Below are positions 34,696 through 47,399 of a stretch of 64,000 nucleotides of DNA, one piece after another. The stretch's first letter is position 1; each line of letters begins with the position of its first letter. The stretch comes from Narcine bancroftii (lineage: Eukaryota). The stretch is taken from contig NC_091478.1 of NCBI RefSeq assembly GCF_036971445.1, forward strand, positions 89,652,001 to 89,716,000, read 5' to 3'. The translations under genes were made by a program, and so were the position numbers. The notes beneath the pieces were generated by a model. That model was not told the origin of the DNA and searched no databases. It was given only the letters and a program-made list of their open reading frames with translations.

Positions 34696-35571
34696 GTTAA
34701 GATTCTTCACTCTAACAAAGGTGACAAGATAAACATTCTGATACAGCAAACAAATTATAGCTATAAATGGGAAGAAAAAGAGCCAACACCATTCAAGCTG
34801 TGACTTCCCATCAGAACTGGAAAATTGTGCAGATATAACAGATTTTAAAATGCAGAAGCAAGGAGAGAGGGTTTTTTGAAGGAAAGAAGGGAGAGGAAAT
34901 ATTGGAGGGGTGGAAGGTTAGAGAAAGTAAATAATAAAAAAGGAATAAAATGCGGCAAGAAACAAAATGAAGGAAGGCCTACAGGTGGAGTGAATGATAA
35001 CAGGAAACTCTTTCCAGTTAATACAAATTCAAAATCCACAGATGTTAAAAATCTGAAATAAATACAGAAAGTACTGAAAACACAACAGGTTAGCCAGTCC
35101 CTGATTGAAAGAGAAGCAGAGATCATGTTTTATACTGAAAACCTTTCCTCAGATATTCAGCAAAATTTTACTGAAGCCAATTGGGAGATGGTCTCCACTC
35201 GTGATTAAATGTCTCCCCCCCCCCCCCACCCCACCACCACCACCCCCCACCCAAATAAACAAGAGATACATATCGTGGATTCATCTCAATGGACCAGAGA
35301 GGTGTTCCATTGCTTCTTGGAAGTAGTTGTGTTCAGAAGATGGGAATAGTGAAAGTACACCTCCATAGCATTTTGAGCATTGCTTCATTGCAAACAATCA
35401 CTTCAGCAGTGAAACTTGAATTGAATAAGATGCCTTTCATAGATGAAGAGATCTAGAAAGTAAATGTCATCTAGTACTAGGTAAGCAAAATCAGTAAGTA
35501 ATACACTCACAAAGATGCATTCCATTGGTTCTAAAGAGAATTGGAAGTCAAGCTGGAGAGATTGAGCAGAG

Positions 35572-35801
35572 CACTGGTTCCCAACCAGTGGGCCATGGCT
35601 CACAGGTGAGCCACACCACATTTCCATGTGGACTACGGACACTTCTCAACCCAATGAGGTCAGGGTGGGTCTGAGGTCATGTTTCGGTCTTCCCGGGTGA
35701 CCTTGGTTGAAACGATCTGCCACTAAGGTCAGTGAGGTCATCTGGCCATCTCTCAATATAAGCCAGGTGGGCCTTAGACTAAATAAGGTTGAGAATCAGT
35801 G
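35572..35801. mobile_element. hAT/Charlie-type MITE
   Basis: TIRs cactggttcccaacc / ggttgagaatcagtg; 8-bp flanks gagcagag / aaccagag (6 of 8 match). Confidence 0.65.
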
Positions 35802-35904
35802 AACCAGAGTAATTGCAATGGAGGTACTTGTTGCAGCTGGTGTGCATTTAGAAATAAAAAGCAAGCTCATAACCTGTCTAGGTGCAAAGAACAGATTCTG
35901 TCAT

Positions 35905-36660
35905 GTTGAGTTCAAGATTCTAGATTCCTTTATTGTCTTGTAATCATTCAGAGCATGTAAGGCAGACAAAGAGCTGCCATAAGTGTCACCTGGAATTCCT
36001 TATAGTAAGAGGAAAAAAAAGCAAAAGAGAGTTACTTCAGAGTGGTGGAGTGTCCGTGGATTCACTTCCAACTCTTCTGCAACCATACAGACTCCTGTTC
36101 AATTCATCGGCAACTTGAGGTCCACATCCAAACCTCCGACACAACCAGGACGCCTTCAGTGTCCAAGGCTCTTTGATGCCCCTTTTACCCTCAGCACCCT
36201 CTTGAATGCTGGTTCCAATACCTAGTCCCCATGAGCCAGTCTCCAGCACCCTTCAGCCTGTGTGGGTCCCCCAACCACATCACCCGAAGCCTGTGTGGTT
36301 TCCTCAGCCGCTGGTCTGCTGCTGACATCACCATCCTTTAAAGGACTCCTCTGCTTCTCTTTCTTGATGAGGGGGGTATTACCCCTTTTTTCTGGTACCC
36401 TGTGGCACTCTACTGTTCTGTGCCATTCCTCATGGTCACTGCTGAGCAGAGGTGGCACCACCTTGGGAATAGCCCTCTGCAGTTGCAGGATTTTACTTAC
36501 AAACTTCGTCGGCTCCTTTAACAGGCTGTTTAAAGCCTTTACAGATCCGCTGGCATTAGGATCAGGCGATCAAACCTTTCGGAGCAGTGTTGTGTCCCCA
36601 CTCTCCGCTCTCCCAGGTCTGCACCAGCGGCAGCACAGCTATTACAGTAGCTCTACTACA
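35905..36660 (-). mobile_element. ~750-bp non-autonomous retroelement with a LINE-like 3' tail
   Basis: Homologous to 1-690. Minus-strand tail tggcagctctttgtctgccttaca..gacaataaaggaatctagaatct resembles the tail of the 5S SINEs. Confidence 0.55.
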
Positions 36661-37954
36661 GCAATTGAATGAGGAGAATTAATGTCTGGTTTGTCTTTGG
36701 AAATATATTTATAAGACTTCAAACTGGTGTAGTGGTGGGTCGTCAGAAGTTCTGAAACGTATCCTGTACACTTCTGGTTGTCACAACCAATACTATCAAG
36801 CTGTTTACCATTGAGTGAGCATGGATACCAGATATTTAATGTAGAATTGCCAGTTATAATTTGTTAACTGCTGGGATCTCGTATCTTGAAAATCTACACA
36901 GTTTTCTGGCCTGACACCTCCCATTGGAAAACCATGCCAGCTGTAAGTTTTGGGCAGAAGGATTAAGGCAGATGCCAACTTTGATTTGTTATAGACCAGG
37001 AATAGAAAAGGTGCTGTCATGAAATTTTCTAAATTCAGTAAGAACCACCATCCTGGCATTATATGACATGCCAAAGCTACTGAAATACTTCTAGACACCA
37101 AGCAAAGGCTGTGGATTAAGGTCCAGAGGACAGGATGATGTGTTCATCTGCTAAAATGAAATTACAAGGTCCTTGTTCTTCGATCTTCTGTGATTAAAAT
37201 TCAGAGATCTTGGTGGAACATGAGCAGCTGCAATAGCATAACCAGACTAATGCTTGCTAAAATATTCTCCACAGAATCCTGGGAAGCTCAGGTAAGGCTA
37301 ATGACAAAGTGATAGATATGCAAATCTATTGACTCTAAATGGTGCAGAGTAACCTAGTTAAAGCATCAGTGAAACCATTAAAATTTCACCATTAAATGGG
37401 TTGCTCCAGATTTGTAAAATGGCTCATTTTACATTTCTATAAAATTATGGATTTTGTATGGAGACTAAGAAAAAAATGGCAGATGAATTTCAAGAAGTAT
37501 TTTGATTAGTGAATCTTTTTTCTCTTGGTAGTCTTTTTTTCATTAACCATTTGGAATGGATTTGTTTTCTGAAGCCAAAGTAATTTATTCATTATTAGTC
37601 TTCCAACTGCTTTCCATACTTCTGATTTTTAATTTTCATAGCCCATCAGTTTAAATTTCCTGATTTACTTTGAACCAATCAACAAAGTGTAATATCACTG
37701 TGAGATGACAGATGTAACACACGAGTAAATTTTCATCTGATAAATCGGATCTCCCATTCTGGTTACCTGTAGGTAACCAGAACCAAGTCTGACCTTCATG
37801 GTTGTTTGCCTCAAGACATGATTGGCAGTATGATGTAATAATTACATTTTTCCATTATGTAGGTTGTCTCAGAAAAATATTTTGGTTCCATTATTTACCG
37901 ATAGTTTTAGAATATACGCAGAGTCAGAGAGATAGTGGAAGATAAGTGAATTGC

Positions 37955-39085
37955 GGAAGTCTACAGACGCTATGATTGTGGTAAAAACACGCGGGAATGC
38001 TGGAGCAGCATCCAGAAGAGGTAAAGATATATTATTGATGCTTGGGGCCTGAGCCTTTCTTCGAGGAATTTAAAAAAAAAGCATCAACAGAGAACAGGAA
38101 GGCTCAGAATAAAGACAAAGCTGGCTGGGGGAGTTGTCCAGACCACAAAAGGTGGACATGATAAGAGGAGAGATGAGAATTGATTTTGCCTCTGTGAAAG
38201 GAGACAGAGGGAAAGGGAAAGAAAGAGACAGAGAGAGCTGAGAAAAGTCGACAGGGGAAGAAGAAGTGAGGGAGGCAAGGCTTTTAACTTAAGTCAGAGA
38301 AGTCGATATTAATGTCATCGAGTTGGAGGGTGCCGAGATGGAAGAGGAGCTGTTGCTCCTCCAATTAGCAGGTGATCTCATTCTGGCAGTGCATGAGACC
38401 ATAGACAAACATGTCGGCAAGGGAATGGGGCAGGGAGTTGAAATGGGTGGCCACTGGAAAATTCATGCTAGAGCTGAGGTGCTCAATAAAGCAATCTTCC
38501 AGTCTGCACCCAGTCTCACTGATGTAGAGGAGATCTCAACAGGAGCAGTAGATGATTCCCTACAAATGTTGCTTCACTTGGAATGAGTGGAGCTCCGAAT
38601 GGTGGTGAGGGAGGAGCTGTGGGTGTAAGTGGAACATCTCCTGTGGTCACAGGGGTAGGTCCAAAGGTGGGGAGGGAGAAGTGGACAAGAGGGTCATGGA
38701 GGGAGTAGTCACTGCATAAGGCAGGGGGGGAGGAGAGAGGAATATGTGTCAAGTGAGATCACGTATTAGGTGGTGGAAATGGTGGAGGAAGATGTGTTGG
38801 ATGCGGAGGATGGTGGGATGTTAAGTGAGGACAAGAGGATTCCTGTTGTGCATTGGGGGCCAATGGGGCCAGTGCAGATGTGTGGATAATGGAAGATTTA
38901 CGGGAAAGTGCCAAGTTGATGGTGGTTGAGGGAAAGCCATTTTGTTTGAAGAGGAGGACGTCTCTGATGATCTACCATGGAAGGCCTCGTACTGGGAGCA
39001 GATGTGACAGAGATAGAAGGAATTGAAAGAAGAGAATGGAATCCTTACAGGAGACAGGATGTGAAGAGGTGCATTTAAGGTAGCT
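37955..39085 (-). mobile_element. Penelope-like element, 3' part (RT C-terminus and GIY-YIG remnants plus terminal repeat)
   Basis: PLE end aagtctacagacgct..aatgctggag. Frameshifted minus-strand remnants CHICSQYEAFH, NPLVLT and DYSLHDPLVH, typical of vertebrate PLEs. Confidence 0.75.
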
Positions 39086-39281
39086 GTGGTAGTTGGTGGA
39101 TCAAATATTTTCATAGATCTGAATAACATACACCAAAGAACTAATTTCAGTCCATTGCTCCTTGAACTCGCTCTTTCATGGAGCTATCTATTTTATCCCC
39201 TGCACTTTCCCCGTGGCTCCCCAAATTTTTCCCCATATAAATTCACAAAGCTAAAGAACTTGCAGCCAAGCAAATATGGAA

Positions 39282-39313
39282 AGATATCTGACCACACAGA
39301 TATCTGACCACAC
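39282..39313 (+). repeat. Perfect 16-bp tandem duplication
   Basis: agatatctgaccacac twice; similar short duplications at 31849-31880 and ~55665-55690. Confidence 0.9.
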
Positions 39314-41039
39314 ATTACCAGATTGAGATCTGTTCTTACAATTTTTGTACTAGATTATTAAAGGGCAGATGACAGATTGTACACTGCTTGAATTGGGCAA
39401 CTATAGCTGAAGATTTCTGATGTGATTTCCTTGTTCTAACCTTACATTCTGTAATAATCAAACTAAATATTCAGACAGCAAGTCCTTAATTATGACTATA
39501 CACAAGAAGTACCATATTTACGGTCATGTAAAAAGAGTAATAGCAAGTAATCTTGACCTGGGATGAATGTGTAACATCAAGGAAAGACTATGTTGAATTC
39601 TTTCTTTGATTCAGTTCACATCTGTCCCTATCATACTTGGTGGAGAACGAGAAAATTAACTGAGTATTGACAGCACACAGATGCAAAGCCCTGAAGGGAT
39701 TTCAAGTTTCTGTTAAAGTTCAGCTTGATCTGATGGGTGACCAGATGATTCTTTGTTTTGAAGCTTTCTTTCTTGCTCTGGAATAATGATCGCTGGCTGT
39801 CTTCCAGTTAACATTGCAAATTATTCTGCCATATTTTATAACCAATGCATTTGTACAATTTTACATCTCCTTTATAATTCATTTTTTAACAACCAGAGAG
39901 CAACCTAGCTCTCAAATTTAGGTTTTCAATTCATCATTTATAAATAAGCATTACTGCTGCCAATAACGTAAATTTCAGCGATGAAATTTGTAGAGCTGGT
40001 TCCTGATAATTGTCTACTGCCACTTCTCAGATCGTACAGCCAAAAGTTTGGGTAACATGCCAATACGTTGCAAAATATGAAGATGGATGGATACTGTATC
40101 ACTATCCCAATATAGCCTCATGCATTCAATATGCATTTTCCATTCATAAAATTTGTTTTAACGTAACTTTTTGAGAATGGATAAATTTTAACCCTGCCTT
40201 TCCAAAGTTCCTTTCAAAGGTATTAATCCATATAAGGGCTTGGGAAAAAGAGACACAGAGTCCCATATCCCCCTTAACCCTAATAATCTTCACTTCTATT
40301 TGCCATCAGCTTCAACTATATCAACAACAGAACTGTAGTGTTGGTCACACCAGCCACTAACTTTCATAATTTGGGCTCCTTCCATACTAAAAGTAGGGAT
40401 ATTTGAAACCATTCACAGTGGGGGGTAGATGATGCAGAATGAGGAGTAAAGAAGTGGAATTCTTGTGACATTCTTATTTTTAATTATTGATCACGTCCCA
40501 ACTTGCTGGAGTTCCTGGCCTGCCATCTGTACCTTCGCTATTGTGAGCATCCAAGAGACATTGCAGTTTGTCCCTTTTTTCACTCATTTTATTATGTATA
40601 CTTTCTCTGAACAGTTTAGTAACTGGAAGTGATACTCTTTTTCCTGTCCTCAAATCCATGAATTGTTGCGGGCTCTCATTGTAGTTCAGATCATTTAATT
40701 CCAAACAAACTAGGAATAAAACAATCTTTTTTGTATGCCTTGAGTACACTCCTCATCCAATCTTCATAAATTCCAAACAGACATTTCTTAGTGCAATCTC
40801 TGAGATTAGGGGGGACAATTTGAAAAAAGTATTTTACCCAATGATTGACCCATTGACCAGCAAGGGACAGTTTACAAATATTTCCTTGATTGCTGCCTTC
40901 AGCTAAAACTAGCTGCACATTTAAACTGATGTAATGGGCTTGTTTACAATATTTAAGGAGGACAGTGGAGATATTCCTGGTGTGCGGACAAAGAGATGAT
41001 CTGATTATCACATGACTGTTTGTGGGCACTAACAATTTA

Positions 41040-41710
41040 CAAGTTAGTTATCATCTGCTTGTACATATACTGTACAACCTGACAAAACAGTTTCTCTCCA
41101 GACTATAGACCCTGCACAGAAATGCAAAAGGCACAGGATATAAAGAGAACATAAATAATCAAAACGAATATATGTAAATATTTGCGATGACTTTCCTGGT
41201 TACCAGATACTGTTCGTCTGTCTCACAGCCTGTGGGAAGAAGCTATTCCCCAGCCTAGCACTCTTGATTTTAATGCTCCTGTACTTTTGTCCTGATGGTA
41301 GTGAGCTACAGATGCTGTGCGCTGGATGGAAACTGCCTCTATTATTCCTTGAGCCCTAGTTAGACAGCGCTCCGAGTAAATGGCATCTATCGAAGAAAGA
41401 GAGACCCCAGTGATCCTCTGTATCAACTCCCGGCCTGATGATTTGCAGCTACGATACCACACAATGATGCGGATGGACAGAACACTCTCAATTATGCTCC
41501 TATGAACGGGTGTCCAGATGGGTTCTGCCTGTCCCGCATCGGACTTGTCAGCCACAAACGAGCCTGCAGCTGACGTGGACATTTACCCCCTCCATAAATC
41601 TTCGTCCGCGAAGCCAAGCCAAAGAGAGAAAGAAGAGAGACGTTACTGCCACCTTATTGACTATTGAAGAGGTGTTGTGAGTTCAGGGTAGTTCATCCTA
41701 ATGTTTGCCC
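41040..41710 (-). mobile_element. Rex1/Babar LINE 3' fragment interrupted by a short RTE
   Basis: Minus-strand RSIIESVLS..IIVWY..IQRITGVSLSSIDAIYSERCL, resuming after 41640. Confidence 0.75.
41524..41639 (+). mobile_element. Extremely 5'-truncated RTE copy (3' end and tail)
   Basis: Near-identical to the reverse complement of 1270-1379; ends gccaagccaaagagagaaagaagagag. Confidence 0.92.
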
Positions 41711-43079
41711 ATTACATCAACTTTGCTGCGAGAAGAATCAGAATAAATGATTGGCAGACCTGGATATCATTGACATGAAATTTTATTGGCTATAGAGTGC
41801 ATTTGGATATGATGAGAGAATGCACAATGTTAAGACAGATCTTGCATTATTTTCTTTTGAAAACTTATTAAGGGTTTGATTTCAAACTGCGCAGCACATT
41901 ATTCATTGCTTATGTAAAAGAACAAAATCTAAATCCATTTTTCCTAACGTCACATGCCAGATTATTTTTAAAGTTGGCTATCAAAGGAAACCAATTAATA
42001 GATCAGAATTTGACATTTTGCGTTGATTATAAACCCATAATTCTTGTTTCTATTGTTCTGTGAGTTTCTTTAAAAGGCTGCCATGGCCAGCCTGATTTTG
42101 ATTTGGCAATAAGCAATGACAGTATTGATCCGAGTTCACTTGAGGACTGGCCACTGTTCTTGGACATAATTGTTTGATGTTTTTGATAGATAGTTCACTG
42201 CTGGTGCCAATGTCGAATTTGTGAGAATGTTTTCGTTGCTGACCCAAGGCAAGTTTTGGACATAGTCAACTATGACATGATTTAAAGTGAAATTAAAATT
42301 AATTTTGGTCTCTCTCCCTCACTGGTTAAATGTATTTGAAGACAAAGCATTGAAATAGAAGATTCAGTCACAGATTTTAACTACATGTTATTTGAGTCTT
42401 TTCAGACCCTTTATGATTATTAATTTAATTTGGCATTTCACGGTTTGGGCTGGACTTTAATATCAAGAAAAGTGTGGATTTAAGAGTAAGTACAGGGGGA
42501 CTAAAAAGAGTGGAAATGGACTGTGATGGAGGCATTTTCCAACCCATAAATCTGCAACCTCTCCCCACCCCACCCCCTTGGCAAAGGTAGGTGGGATTGC
42601 TAATTTTTTTTAAAAATAATAGGTCAATTTGAACAATATGGACCAAGGTCTTTGTCTTTGTATTTGGACCATGGGTTTCCCACAGTTCCAGGAATTTGGC
42701 AGTGAAAGAAGTTGAGAACACAACAGCAGCAAAATGGACTGAAACCATTTAGGGGAAGTGTGCGAAGAAACAACCCATTGCCAGAGGTTTGCGATCTTTT
42801 CAATGAGAGGTTTCTGTCACCTGCAAAAGAGTCTACAGTTGCCACATTGGCCCTATTAGTCACCTCAAAAATCACAAATCTCGTGTCGAATTAAGTCATT
42901 TTTAAAAAATCTCAAGGACTACCTGAGAAAACTTTCACATTTTGGCGCTTTCTTTACCACTTTAACCACTTGGTGGCCAACCTCCCACGAAAGCAGGCCT
43001 TTGTAGCTGCCATGTTGTATTTGGCTTCAGCCTTTGAACAGGTTGGGAGCAAATAGGCGGATGAATTGAATATAGAAGA

Positions 43080-43900
43080 AAGATGTATGTGTTCTTTGTA
43101 TCACCCCCGTCCAGCACCGCCACCACCCTACCTCCCATCTGCTCTACACCCTGTGAGGCCAGGCACAATTCAAATGCCATCTACAAATTTGCCGATGGCA
43201 CTACAGTCGTTGGCAGAACACATCACAGCTGGCAATGAGGAAGCATACAGGAGTGAGTTAGATCAGTTGGTTGAAATGTGTTATGCAACAATCTTGCACT
43301 CAATGTTAGCAAAACCATGGAACTGATTGTGGATTTCAGGAAGGGGACATCAGGAGAACACAAACTAGTCTTCATCGAGGGATCAGCAATGGGAAGTGTT
43401 AAGAACTTAAAAATTCCTGGCTGTCAGCATCTGTCTTGAGGCCTTCATGTTGATGCAGTCATGAAGAAGTCTCGTCGATAGCTATACTTTGTGAGAAATT
43501 TGAGGAGGTTTGGTATGTCACCAAAGACTTCAGATTTCTACAGATGTACCGTGGAGAACATTCTGACTTGTTGCATCACTGTCTGGTATGGAAGTACCAC
43601 TGGACAGTACTGGAGAAGGCTATAGAGAGTTGTGAATATGGTCAGAATGATCATGGGCATTAATCTTCACTCCATTAAGGACATCTACAAGAAATGGTGT
43701 CTCAAGAAAGCAGCCTCTATCCTCAAAGACCTTCAACACCCAGGCTCTACTCTCTTCTCACGTCCAACATCAGGAAGGAGATACAGAATCCTGAAGGCGA
43801 GCACCCAATGGCACCAAACAGCTCCTTCTCCTCTGCCATCAGATTTCTGAATGGACAATAAACCATAGACACTACCTCATGTTTTTGTTCTTTTTGCACT
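43080..43900 (+). mobile_element. Rex1/Babar LINE RT and C-terminal remnant
   Basis: IYKFAD, ELIVDFRKG, YRCTVENILTCCITVWYG, KKAASILKDLQHPG. Confidence 0.8.
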
Positions 43901-44199
43901 AATTCTTAGAAATGAGAAGCCTTCTTTGTGCTTTGATGATCAGCAAGATGGTGAAAGTTGATTACAAATAGTTAAAATTACAGTCATATCACTCACCAAT
44001 TTATTGAATGACAAAGCACCATCTGCTCTTGCTCACTTTTAAACTTTGGTCACGAGTGGAAACCAATCTATCTACCTGATCAACCTCAGTATGAATATTT
44101 GCACAGGAATGTAGATCCGTCAAAGGGACTTAGCTCTGAATAACTGTGCCTAGTAGGTTCATTCAACTCCTGCTGTATGTGTAAAAACCCTGTAAGTGT

Positions 44200-44760
44200 T
44201 ACAGTATATTCCAGTGGATAAGTTGAATCATGAAACTCTCAAAAAGCACTCAGAAAATGGGGGTCAACTTATATGCCAAAAAAAATTTAAATCCTTAAAA
44301 TCAGGTCATAAATCTTTTGACACCGATTCAACGAATAAGTCAACCCTGGATGCGCTGATTCGGCGTATTAGTCGACCCTGAAAGCACCTCCCCACCGCTG
44401 ATGCTGCCGCTCCCCGACACCTCCCCATTGTCAGGCGCCACCATAACCAAGAATTGTAGAGTCCGAAGTTCCTGCTCCTGCCAGGAGAACAAGGTTGCCG
44501 CTCCTGCCTGGTAGCCTGAAGTTTTTTTAAACTTGCTTAATTTACAGCTTTATTACTTGACGATTGGGGTGTGGTAACAAAGTTTGGGTTGTTGCTGGGA
44601 GGCCCAGGCATCCCGAAAATGGGGTGAGAGTGTGGGGGGGGGGGGGGGGTGTCAACATATACCCGATATACCATAAAACTGTAAAACCGAAATACCATAA
44701 AATTAGGCCAAAAAAGAGGCTCAATCTATCTGACTCTTGACTTATACACCAAAATATATA
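44200..44760. mobile_element. Tc1/mariner-superfamily (Tc2-like) MITE
   Basis: Imperfect TIRs cagtatattccagtggataagttga / tgacttatacaccaaaatatata; subterminal gggtcaacttata and ataagtcaaccc repeats. Confidence 0.5.
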
Positions 44761-45429
44761 ATAAATATATGAGGCTTTTCTGGATCAGAATGCTGGATTA
44801 TTTTAAACATGATTATATTTCACTGTTATGGATAATATATAAACCTAATTGACTACTATATGCATTGTAAGTGGATGGTATTTAGTTCTATCATCTGGTA
44901 TGTCGGAGGCCTTCATCTCTGGGGCATCCCAAGATTCTGAGCACCTCCAACATTTTCCCTTTACTTTTAACTTTTAACTGGGTTTCTCCAGCACGTTTGT
45001 GAAGTGCATTTTCTCTTCCACCTCCAGTGTACCTCCTTTTCCTTTTCCATGCTCTTCCACAAAGGGAACAAGACCTGTTGTTCAGGAAATGACATGTGCT
45101 GCATGGATGGAGTTCATTCGTTGATCATGGAGAGGCCCAATATTGCATACAGGTGATTGTGCTGGCGGTGGGTGACGAGGTGAAGATATAAATTGGTGTG
45201 AGGAGTGATGGAGTTGCCTTGAGAGAGCAGATTTAAGGGGTTACAGCGATGAATGCAGTAAGCTGTGGGTGAATGTGCTTTTCTTGGTTTGGTCATTGCA
45301 TAGTTTATAGCTGAATCAAGTGTGTGGTTCCTTCTACTGACGACTCTTGACATCTTCAATCACCATTTCTAGGCTTTTCCAGCAGATTTCATCCTCTCAT
45401 TGCCAGTAAATTATTTTGCTTTCAGTTAT

Positions 45430-45990
45430 GGTTTTTAAACTGCAGGCACAATCAATTAAATTTGCCGTTACACGGGCAATCTAAAAAGGAAAGTGCAGGA
45501 GTTTTTTGTCATGTCCTGCACTGCGGTTTATCCTGCAGGAGCCCTACTACTTTTCAGGGGAAACCAGCAGTCTAAATCACACGGAAAAACTCACCTCATG
45601 AATTTGATGTCCAGCGGATGATGCGCTATGACGCGCTCACTATGTGACAACCAGCCTGCTCCGTTTCTCTCCTCAAATTCATCCCACTCCTCATCACAAA
45701 GGCATTTATGAAATGCATGAATTCACAGTTCGTGCAAATAATGCCATACATACTCGTGCCTACCTTCAGCGTGGTCTGAGGATCGACAGCCATGGATGTC
45801 TTCTTGGCCGCAGAGTAGTGATATCAGCGATGTCGCCGACGCGATGACTTCAGTTACAGACATTGCTCCACATAAAAGCACCGGGACTAACGTGCACACG
45901 AACTTAGGGTGTGCAGTGTAAACAACTACAAGGTGAGTAATTATGTTAATTTATGTTAAATTTTTCCAACATTGCTGTCTAAAAAACACT
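45430..45990. mobile_element. Possible PIF/Harbinger-like non-autonomous element
   Basis: Imperfect inverted ends gtttttaaactgca / tgctgtctaaaaaac around a CpG-enriched block. Confidence 0.35.
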
Positions 45991-47210
45991 TGTCCCCACT
46001 GTGACATCTATGTGTTATTCACGGGCCACAATTAAACTTTGCAACATATTCCATTCTCTGCCAGGAAAATCTAATTAGTTTAATATCAATATTCAGACTG
46101 TCCCTGCCAATGTGTAACTTTGATTGCATCATGAAGATTGTTGTCCCCCACTGATGCTAATTTTACAGGAAACTATAAAATAAAATGTTAAAGCCTAAAC
46201 AAATTATTGACCACTGTACTTAATATATCTCTGAAATTTGCATTTCATGCGGAACCCTGTACCCACACACCTCTCCCTGCAATCACTCCTTTAGCCTCTG
46301 TGCATTTGTCACCATGGCTAAGAAGAATTTAGTCTTTGCATCATTCAAATTTTCCCAAAATATGATGTACTTTGGGGCATCCTGGAGCCCTGAAAGATAC
46401 AATATACATGCAAGGTCTTTTAAACATGCTCACAGAATTCAGATTGCAGATTTAAATTTCAATTTGTAGTGTATTTGCATTGAAAACTGAACCTCCACCT
46501 TCCACCTCTGAACTCTGGTTTAAAGGTGACTGTGAAACAAAAAGATTTGGATCAGTCAATGCAAATAGCCTGATCTGAATGTATGTACACTTGTTGCTGA
46601 GAAGAAAAAGAGCACAATGGTTGGGCTGGTATCTCAAACCATCTGACACTTGATGCCAGTGTACAGATGATTGTGAATGCTTTGATACTACTTTCAGTTT
46701 GGATGAATAATCTATGAATGCAAACAAGGTAAAAGTCACGTGCTGACATACACTGTATGAAATCCTCACTAGACCGCAGCAAGTTTACAGTTGTCCTTCG
46801 GTTTTATTCCCTTCTGAGATTTCTATCTTTTTTTAGATTTATTCATTTTAATATGCTTTCCTGCTATTCAGCAGATTATTCTATGGCAGGAGAACATCAT
46901 TTTAAATCTGTGGTCTTGGAATTCTTGAAATCCTCTTTTTTTGGTAATTTATTAAATTCACGAACATCTGCCAGTTAATTTCTCTTGTTAAATCTCAGCC
47001 GTTATCGTCATTCCGTGTCCTTCAAAAGTCTGGTTTGCGTCTTTTTTTTTTGCGGCCTTCAGTAAGGATTCTTTCTAACAAACAGCAGATGGAATTTTGT
47101 TTTGTAGTCATTTTATGGTTGAGTCAGTTTTTGTGGTTGACAAGAGAAAGTAAAAATTATCTTGACTTCCTCCGAACTTTCCTACTATCTAGTAATGTTT
47201 CAGTTGCTGA

Positions 47211-47213
<3 letters not shown>

Positions 47214-47243
<30 letters not shown>
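47214..47243 (+). repeat. (AG)15 microsatellite
   Basis: Read directly. Confidence 0.95.
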
Positions 47244-47247
<4 letters not shown>

Positions 47248-47399
47248 CTACTGGACATCAAATTTACTCAGGGACAGTGCTAATTTTTTTTTAGGCTGAA
47301 ATCTAGAATTGTCTGTGCATCTCATCTATCTGCTTTCAAACGTTTGGCATCTAGGACAAAATGATCTTTAACTTGACCAGTTTTTCCCAAGACCACACT

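Noticed and set aside
42420-42965. Possible Kolobok-like DNA transposon remnant
   Set aside because: Only one plausible TTAA-bounded end; no matching TIR found.
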